Shown piece by piece: positions 57,527-64,000 of a stretch of 64,000 nt of DNA. The stretch lies in NCBI GenBank assembly GCA_035715365.1, contig DASTLB010000022.1:144242-208241 (forward strand). The letters are read 5' to 3'. The notes under the pieces are model-generated. The model had not been told where the DNA came from. It did not search any database and saw only the letters and a program-made list of their open reading frames with translations. This stretch comes from Kofleriaceae bacterium (GTDB taxonomy: Bacteria > Myxococcota_A > Polyangia > Haliangiales > Haliangiaceae). A program made the translations under genes and the position numbers. Position 1 is the first letter of the stretch, and each line of letters opens with the position of its first letter.

Positions 57527-58188
57527 GCGATGAATGCACTCCGGTTGAGCTCGTTGTTCTTGCAGTCGCCGGTCGCGCTGCGCTGCCACGTGCAGAATTC
57601 ATCCTCGAGCTGCGCGAACTCCTCGCCGAGCCACAGCAGGCCGACCTCCTTCTCGAGGTCGGGATCCTTGAACTGCTGCTTGAGGTGGTTCATCACCGCC
57701 TCGGCGCGACCCTTCGACAGATCGCGGTTGTGCTCGACCGAGCCTTCCGGCGACGCGCGCGACACGACGAAGAACCAGCTCGCGCCCTTCTGATCGGCGA
57801 ACACCTTGTCGATCAGCGCGAGGTCCTGCGCGTCGAGATCCGACTTGTCGAGGTCGAACTGGATGATGCCGCCGCGCGCCTTCATCGGCCGGAACAGCGC
57901 GTTGAAGTCGGTGCCGCTCATCGTCGCGACGTTCTTCGCCTGCACCGGCTGACAGCCGCGTCCGCCGTCGGCGCCCATGAGGCCGCAGCTCATGAGCACG
58001 CGGCGCAGGATCTTCTTGAGCTCCGGGTTGCAGTACGCGACATCGGACGCCGACGCGACCGCGGCTTGCTCGGTCGGCTTTGCCGTGGCCTCCGCGAGCC
58101 GGGTCTCGGCGGAGCCGATCCACTTGACGGTGGTCGCCACGGGTACCGCGGCGAGCGCGACGAGAACGACCGCACGCGTGATCATCAT
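57505..58188 (-). CDS. secreted OmpA-like-domain protein
   Basis: Signal peptide; SWFFVVSRASPEGSVEHNRDLSKGRAEAVMNHL (OmpA C-like). Confidence 0.5.
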   Translation of the reverse strand: MMITRAVVLVALAAVPVATTVKWIGSAETRLAEATAKPTEQAAVASASDVAYCNPELKKILRRVLMSCGLMGADGGRGCQPVQAKNVATMSGTDFNALFRPMKARGGIIQFDLDKSDLDAQDLALIDKVFADQKGASWFFVVSRASPEGSVEHNRDLSKGRAEAVMNHLKQQFKDPDLEKEVGLLWLGEEFAQLEDEFCTWQRSATGDCKNNELNRSAFIAWIDCQL

Positions 58189-60068
58189 GGCACACCTCCG
58201 TTGTCACCTTCCGAGGGTGTGGTGACGGGCTTGTCGGCGGGCTTGTCCGCCGGCTTGTCTGCCGGTTTGTCCGCCGGCTTGTCCGCCGGCTTGTCCCCAC
58301 CGGACGCCGGCTTGTCCGTCGCCGTGTCACCGGCGGGCTTGTCGCCGCCCGCCTTGTCCGGGTTCGTCCCGGACGTGCCGGACGGCTGCGTCCCGGACGT
58401 GCTCGCCGAGCCTGTCCCGGACGTGCCGGACGGCTGGGTCCCGGACGCGGCGTTCGTCGCCGTGCCCGACGTCCCGGACGCAGCGTTGTTCGGCGTCCCG
58501 GACGCAGCGTTGTTCGGTGTCCCGGACGCGGCGCTCGAGCCTGTCCCGGACGTGGCGGACGATCCCGTCCCGGACGGCGTCGTGCTGGCCGCGGCCGCGG
58601 AGCCGGGTGCGCCGGGCGGGGGCTCGATCGGCTTCGCGGTCCCGGGGGCGGGCTCGAGCGGCTGCGCCGTGAGCGTCCGGTTCGCGTGGCGGTCGAGCAT
58701 GATCCGCAGCGAGTACTCGAGGCCGAGGTCGACGTCCTCGTCGCACAGCTTGACGTTGTCGACGAACAGCTGCGGCGTCAGCACGCGGATGTTGTTCGAG
58801 ACCGCCCAGCGCAGGCTCTTGTTGAGCCGGCTCTTCGCGTCCGGCGAGCCGACGCACGCGGCGAGCTCGGGGAACCGCTGCTTCACGATCTTCTCGGCCG
58901 CGGTCGGATCCGTGCGAGCGGCATCGCGGATGCGATCTTGCTCGGAGAACGCCCACGCGATCACCTCGGGCGAGCGCTCGCCGGCGCACAGCACCGCCTC
59001 GCTGACCGTGCACGCACCCGGGTGCGTCGCCTCGGTGACCATCCAGTTGCACGTGTTATCGAGCGGGAACAGGATCGCGCGGCGATCGAGCTCGGACGCC
59101 ATCCCCGACGAGGCGAGCCGGCCTTCGAACGCGCGGCACGCCGGGCACAGCGGATCGAGGATCTCGATCGCGGGGGCGCCACCGGGCGCGCTGCGATCGA
59201 CGCGGACCATCACGCCGTAGGTGTCCTCGGGCTTGGCGAGTGCGTCGCACGTGCCGACGAACCGGCCGTGATCCGGCGCGACCGCGAGATAGATCAGCAC
59301 CGGGACGACGACGAACAGCACGCCGATGCCGAATGCACCGGCGAGGAACCGGGTCGACGTCGGCGGCGCATCGACCTCGCGCTCGACGACGAGCGGATGC
59401 GACTCCGTCTCCTCGCGGACCGCATCGATCTTGTCGCTGAGCGCGGGCTCGGTCGCGGCGGTCCACGCCGGCTCGCTCGGGCGCTCGCCGGCCGGCTTCG
59501 CCGGCTTCGTCGCCGGACGCTTGGGACGGATGATCGAGTCACCGCCGGCCTGATGCAGCGCGACCGCTCGCCGCCACAGCGCGACCGCACCGACGAGGCA
59601 GAGCGCGCTCGACGCGTAGATGCAGACGCACAGCTTGCACGTGGTGCCGAGCTTCGTCAGCGAGATGATCAGCATGACGACCGACGTCGCGGCGGGCAGC
59701 ACGGTCGCGAGCGCGAGGAAGCCGGTCGCGCGCGGGTCGTCCTTGCGACGCGTCAGCAGGAGGTCGACCGAGAAGAACGCGATGAACGCGAACACGGCCA
59801 TCGCCGGCAGCGAGATCGGGATGCCGCCCCACACGTGCGATCGAAACACCGACGAGTACGGGCTCATCATCGCGACGTGGCATCCGGACTCGGCGGTCGA
59901 TTGCCCCATGCCCGGAATGAACGAGCAGTGAATGCTGTGCACCTGCCGATCGAGATGCTGAACGAAGTCGTACGTCGACACGCCGGCGAACACGAGTCCG
60001 ACGAACGCGCCGACGAGTACCACCACGAGCCATGGATGTGGTCTCACGCAAGATCCTCCCGTGACCAT
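58185..60068 (-). CDS. VKOR (vitamin K epoxide reductase) domain fused to thioredoxin-like domain, with long S/T/G/P/K low-complexity tail
   Basis: VKOR loop Cys pair (CSF...GC) and TM CxxC (KLCVC); Trx-like CPAC; tail has SGT repeats and (PADK)n. Confidence 0.65.
   Translation of the reverse strand: MVTGGSCVRPHPWLVVVLVGAFVGLVFAGVSTYDFVQHLDRQVHSIHCSFIPGMGQSTAESGCHVAMMSPYSSVFRSHVWGGIPISLPAMAVFAFIAFFSVDLLLTRRKDDPRATGFLALATVLPAATSVVMLIISLTKLGTTCKLCVCIYASSALCLVGAVALWRRAVALHQAGGDSIIRPKRPATKPAKPAGERPSEPAWTAATEPALSDKIDAVREETESHPLVVEREVDAPPTSTRFLAGAFGIGVLFVVVPVLIYLAVAPDHGRFVGTCDALAKPEDTYGVMVRVDRSAPGGAPAIEILDPLCPACRAFEGRLASSGMASELDRRAILFPLDNTCNWMVTEATHPGACTVSEAVLCAGERSPEVIAWAFSEQDRIRDAARTDPTAAEKIVKQRFPELAACVGSPDAKSRLNKSLRWAVSNNIRVLTPQLFVDNVKLCDEDVDLGLEYSLRIMLDRHANRTLTAQPLEPAPGTAKPIEPPPGAPGSAAAASTTPSGTGSSATSGTGSSAASGTPNNAASGTPNNAASGTSGTATNAASGTQPSGTSGTGSASTSGTQPSGTSGTNPDKAGGDKPAGDTATDKPASGGDKPADKPADKPADKPADKPADKPVTTPSEGDNGGVP
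58196..58330 (-). repeat. tandem 12/15-nt coding repeats ((PADK)n) at the 3' end of the VKOR gene
   Basis: Repeating ccggcttgtccg units. Confidence 0.6.
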
Positions 60069-60238
60069 CGTCCCACGGAGTGGCGCGCGGCCCAACCCGC
60101 TCGCGCCGCGTAAGGCGCAGAACGCTCGCGCGCTTGCTACTAACGTGCGCGCGTATCGCACTTCGTTTGTACAGAAACGATGACATCTGTACCGCTCGTC
60201 GACTTCTCGACGACGAACGCGAGCGCTAACGTGCGGGC

Positions 60239-61075
60239 ATGGCCGAGCACGACTGGAATCCGCAAGCGAAGGAGATGGCGGACGAATCGATGGTGCGGAA
60301 TCTGATCGCGCAAGCCGAGGCGATCTGGCCGCAGGAAGCACCGATCGTCGCGAGCTACGGACTTGGGGATTCTTCGCAGGGGGCAGCAGCGCCCGAGGTG
60401 CTCGATGTGGGTTGTGGGATCGGCGAGATCGCGTTCCGGATCGCCGAGCTGTGGCCGACCGCGCGGATCACCGGGATCGATCTCGTCGCGTCGCATCTCG
60501 AGCGCGCGCGCGCCCGCACCGCGAGCTTTGGCGATCGCGTGACGTTTCGCGAGGCCGACGCGCGCGAGCTGCCGCTGCCCGACGCGCAGTTCGATCTCGT
60601 GATCTGCCGCCACGTGCTGCAGGCGGTGCTGCGTCCCGATCTCGCGCTGCGCGAGATGATCCGCGTCGCGAAGCCGGGCGCGCGGCTGCACCTGCTCGTC
60701 GAGGACTACGGGATGATCCACATCTCCGGTGATCCCGCGATCGACGAGTTCTGGCACCACGGCCCGCACGTCTACAGCGCGGCGACCGGCTGCGATCTGT
60801 TCGTCGGCCGCAATTGCCACCAGCTGCTGCACTCGCTCGGCATCACCGACCTCGCGTATCACTACGTCGCGGTCGACACCGAGCGCGTGCCGCGCGAGAC
60901 CTTCGCACGCATCTTCGAGGCCTGGCGCGATGGCTACACCGAGGCGCTTGCGAAGCACCTCCGCCGGCCCGAGCCGGAGATCCGCCGGATGTTCGACGCC
61001 ACGGTCGAATGCATCCGCGATCCCGAGAGGTTCGCGCTCTGGCTGGTCCCGATCGTGACCGCCCGCATGCCGTGA
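60239..61075 (+). CDS. class I SAM-dependent methyltransferase
   Basis: Motif I VLDVGCGIGE; acidic post-I residue. Confidence 0.65.
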   Translation: MAEHDWNPQAKEMADESMVRNLIAQAEAIWPQEAPIVASYGLGDSSQGAAAPEVLDVGCGIGEIAFRIAELWPTARITGIDLVASHLERARARTASFGDRVTFREADARELPLPDAQFDLVICRHVLQAVLRPDLALREMIRVAKPGARLHLLVEDYGMIHISGDPAIDEFWHHGPHVYSAATGCDLFVGRNCHQLLHSLGITDLAYHYVAVDTERVPRETFARIFEAWRDGYTEALAKHLRRPEPEIRRMFDATVECIRDPERFALWLVPIVTARMP

Positions 61076-61141
61076 CGCGGCCCGGGTTCGCAGTCGCTGC
61101 GAGGCCCTGTGTGACGAATCAAGCTGAACTTTGGGCCGGCT

Positions 61142-61567
61142 GTGCCGTATACGAGCGAGGTGAAAGCGCTCTCGGTGGTCCTCGTCCTCGGATTGTGCGG
61201 AGTTACCGCAGCCGATCCGGTCCATAAACCGTCGGCACCGGTCCAGCTGCACATGGCGTCGCAGCCGGTCGCCGGCGGCTACCGGGTCACCGTGTTCGCG
61301 ACGCCGACGCGCCAGGTCCCCGCGATCACGCTGTCGCTCGCCGGCCAGCGCGTCGCGTTTCCGGCGACTGCCGCGGGCCAGGTCCGCCAGCTGACGTTGA
61401 CCGTGCCGGTCGCGCCGGATGCGGGAGCCGACGTCGTCGGTGGCGCGTCGCTCGCCGGGCGCAGCAGCGCGATGATCCTCCACGTCGGCGTGCTCCAGCA
61501 GCCGGCCGCGAAGCGGTCGGTGACGCGGACGCTGAGCGATGGCCGTCGCGTGCGGGAGGTGCGGTGA
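61142..61567 (+). CDS. secreted hypothetical protein
   Basis: N-terminal signal peptide; stop overlaps the next ATG. Confidence 0.4.
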   Translation: MPYTSEVKALSVVLVLGLCGVTAADPVHKPSAPVQLHMASQPVAGGYRVTVFATPTRQVPAITLSLAGQRVAFPATAAGQVRQLTLTVPVAPDAGADVVGGASLAGRSSAMILHVGVLQQPAAKRSVTRTLSDGRRVREVR

Positions 61568-62754
61568 TGCGCGCGCTCGTCGCGAGCGTGCTCGCCGCAG
61601 CCCTGTTCGCCGCGTGCGGTGGCAAGGACGGTGACGACGACACGACGCCGGATGCTTCCGTCGTCGGCGTGCCCGGCACGTACACGGTCAGCGGCGTCGT
61701 CCAGTACGAGGACAAGCCGCCGCAGGAGGACGGCTCGCTCGGCGCGATCGCACCGAAGTCGGCGCGGTTCGTCTCGGTCGCGCTGATCGCGGATGCGACG
61801 GGCGCGACCGTGCAGATGGCGACGTCGGATCAGGCGGGCGCGTATAGCTTCACGTTCGACGCGGTCGGCGGTGATGCGATGCACGTGCTCGTGGTCGCGT
61901 CGAACGAATCGCCGGAGCGGCCGATCACGGTCAAGAACCTCGACGACACGATCCACGGCTTCGGCGGTGCGACGTTCTCGGCGGGCGTCGACACGACGAA
62001 CGACGTGCTCGTCACCGTCGCCTCGAAGGAGGCGCAGGCGTTCAACGTGTTCGACGAGATCGTCAACGAGATGGATCGGATCCGCACGACGATGGGCAAC
62101 CAGGCGCCGCCGCCGCTCGCGGTCTACTGGGAGGACGGCAGCGACGACGGCACGTACTACTTCGAAGGCGCGATTCACCTGCTCGGGCTCGCGTCCGACG
62201 ACGACGGCTTCGACGACACCGTGATCCTCCACGAGAGCGGCCACTACGTCGAGGATCGGATCGGACGCAGCGACAGCCCGGGCGGCTCGCACGACGGCAG
62301 CCCGACCGATCCGCGGCTCGCGTGGTCCGAAGGCTTCTCGACGTACTGGGCGATGGCCGTGCGCGGCGCGCCGATCTACATGGACTCGAACGCCGACGGC
62401 GGCTGGTCGTACGACGCGGACACCTCGCTGACGAAGGCGAGCCTGCAGAACCCGATCAGCCAGCGCGTCAGCGAGGACATGGTCACCGAGATCCTGTGGG
62501 ACATGGGCGACGGCGCCGCCGGCGACGACGACATGCTCGACGGCACGCACGACCCGGTCCTCGTCGTCCAGCCGCAGTACCTGAAGACCGCGACGCTGCG
62601 CACGACTGGCACGACCGGCGTCGATCTCGTCGACATGCTCGACGGCTGGTTCATGCTGCAGGGCCTGACGAGCTGCGCGGCCGTGAAGTCGATCGTCGTC
62701 ACGACGCACCAGTTCCCGTACGACTTCAACGGCCCGGCCGGCGCCTGCCCGTGA
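61564..62754 (+). CDS. putative zinc metalloprotease lipoprotein (HExxH)
   Basis: Lipobox LFAAC; ILHESGHYVED zincin motif; Asp-rich. Confidence 0.45.
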   Translation: MMRALVASVLAAALFAACGGKDGDDDTTPDASVVGVPGTYTVSGVVQYEDKPPQEDGSLGAIAPKSARFVSVALIADATGATVQMATSDQAGAYSFTFDAVGGDAMHVLVVASNESPERPITVKNLDDTIHGFGGATFSAGVDTTNDVLVTVASKEAQAFNVFDEIVNEMDRIRTTMGNQAPPPLAVYWEDGSDDGTYYFEGAIHLLGLASDDDGFDDTVILHESGHYVEDRIGRSDSPGGSHDGSPTDPRLAWSEGFSTYWAMAVRGAPIYMDSNADGGWSYDADTSLTKASLQNPISQRVSEDMVTEILWDMGDGAAGDDDMLDGTHDPVLVVQPQYLKTATLRTTGTTGVDLVDMLDGWFMLQGLTSCAAVKSIVVTTHQFPYDFNGPAGACP

Positions 62755-62784
62755 CCGCCTGAGCGACGACCGACACGAGGACCC

Positions 62785-62835
62785 TCCCGAGGACCGCCGA
62801 GGCGCTGAGCCGTCCCGAGGACCGCCGAGGCGCTG
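62785..62835. repeat. two about 24-bp direct repeats (partial copies of the 5' end of the large unit)
   Basis: cgaggaccgccgaggcgctgagcc x2. Confidence 0.6.
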
Positions 62836-63322
62836 AGCCCAGATCAGCACGGAGAAGCGGAGCCCGCGAAGCTCGCAGAGGATCGATGTTTGAACCCTCC
62901 CGATCTCGAGAGAACCATCGACGAGAGCTTGCGGTCGAGCGCCTCGAACGGTGAGCGGTTCGGGCTGAAGCGACCGCGTTCTCGACGGTGGGCGGTCGAG
63001 ATCGGGAGGGTTGCCCCAAAGGATCTCTCTGCGAGCTTCGCGCGCTTCGCCCCTCCGTGCTGATCTGGGCTCTCCGCCGAGGCGCTGAGCTCAGATCAGC
63101 ACGGAGAAGCGGAGCCCGCGAAGCTCGCAGAGGATCGATGTTTGAACCCTCCCGATCTCGAGCGAACCGTCGACGAGAGCTTGCGGTCGAGCGCCTCGAC
63201 GGTGAGCGGTTCGGGCTGAAGCGACCGCGTTCTCGACGGTGGGCGGTCGAGATCGGGAGGGTTGCCCCAAAGGATCTCTCTGCGAGCTTCGCGCGCTTCG
63301 CCCCTCCGTGCTGATCTGGGCT
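62821..63322. repeat. two tandem about 250-bp near-identical (about 98%) units, each an imperfect long palindrome (MITE/REP-like or structured RNA)
   Basis: Unit 1 62821..63071, unit 2 63072..63322; unit termini are reverse-complementary (cccagatcagcacggag... / ...ctccgtgctgatctggg) with internal inverted repeats (gaaccctcccgatctcga / tcgagatcgggagggttg). Confidence 0.75.
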
Positions 63323-63365
63323 TCGCGCCTCTTGTTCCGCCGCTCGGATGCGGGTAAGCGGCGGC

Positions 63366-64000
63366 TTAGCGGTCGGTGAGCGACTCGAGGAACGCGACGA
63401 TCGCGTCGATCTCGTCGTCGCTCAGGCGCGGCGTCTCGCCTGGCAACCGATCGTACGGCGGCTCGCTCTGGTTGACGTTGCCGCGATAGACCTCGGGCAC
63501 GTCGTCGAACATCACGCCGTCCGGATACCAGCGCTCCGGGTTCGTGCTGCGCGTCGCGTAGAACGCGACCACGTCGCGCAGCGAGCCGAAGTAGCCGTTG
63601 TGCATGTACGGCCCGGTCACCGCGACGTTGCGCAGCGACGGCACCTTGAACGCACCGCACGCGCCCTCGACATCGAAGCCCGCGGGCGCCTTCGCCGCGA
63701 GGCCGGGCTGCCGGCACAGGCCGAGATCGAAGTACGCCGGATCCGCGTTGTCGGGGATCGCGACGTTCCGCGGCACGCCGAGGTTGTCGTACGTGAAGTC
63801 GGTGAACAGCCACTGCTCGGGATCGCGTGACGCCTCGTTGCCGACATGACACGCGATGCAGTTGCCCTTCTCGGGATCCTTGAACAGCGCGAACCCGCGC
63901 GCCGCGCGCTCCGGCAGCGGTGCCGTGCCGCGCAGGTAGTCGTCGAACGGCGACGAGAACCGGCGGAACCGCTGGCTCGACTCGAACGCCGCGATCGCGC
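63366..64000 (-). CDS. di-haem cytochrome c peroxidase (CCP/MauG family), 3' portion; 5' end outside window
   Basis: GNCIACHVG (CxxCH), FTDFTYDNLGVPRN, FKVPSLRNVAVTGPYMHNG motifs; frame open to the window edge. Confidence 0.75.
   Translation of the reverse strand, partial: AIAAFESSQRFRRFSSPFDDYLRGTAPLPERAARGFALFKDPEKGNCIACHVGNEASRDPEQWLFTDFTYDNLGVPRNVAIPDNADPAYFDLGLCRQPGLAAKAPAGFDVEGACGAFKVPSLRNVAVTGPYMHNGYFGSLRDVVAFYATRSTNPERWYPDGVMFDDVPEVYRGNVNQSEPPYDRLPGETPRLSDDEIDAIVAFLESLTDR

Noticed and set aside
62988-63314. 108-aa ORF inside the tandem repeat
   Set aside because: It lies entirely within a palindromic, duplicated non-coding element with Arg-rich composition. It is an artefact.
62821-63322. 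Possible CRISPR array
   Set aside because: The units are about 250 bp and directly abutting with no spacers, and each is internally palindromic. This is not CRISPR architecture.
1-64000. rRNA, tRNA or CRISPR features
   Set aside because: No tRNA-like cloverleaf candidates or rRNA-like conserved stretches were recognised by eye. Nearly all non-repeat sequence is accounted for by protein-coding genes.

Overview
This is a 64 kb, roughly 70% GC, gene-dense chromosomal window. Family content points to Myxococcota (likely Sorangiineae): TIGR02996-LRR proteins, an AgmX/PglI C-terminal-domain lipoprotein, a Ser/Thr-kinase fused to an anti-sigma domain next to an ECF sigma factor, and many secreted proteases and lipoproteins. 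The high GC produces long spurious ORFs in every frame, so calls rest on recognisable protein motifs and start codons, not ORF length. About 58 genes are supported; no rRNA, tRNA or CRISPR was seen, and start codons are approximate (GTG starts are common). Notable content: a bacterial Major Vault Protein homologue between secreted metalloprotease genes; a bacterial alpha-2-macroglobulin split into two tightly coupled lipoprotein genes inside a 5-gene envelope operon; a HAD-phosphatase fused to a HerA-like ATPase next to a degenerate N6/N4-methyltransferase-like gene; a bacterial cereblon-like CULT protein; a PHM/DBH-like copper monooxygenase lipoprotein; a probable pseudokinase; a VKOR-thioredoxin fusion with a repetitive tail; a frameshifted OPT transporter; and a tandem pair of ~250-bp palindromic repeat units between convergent genes.
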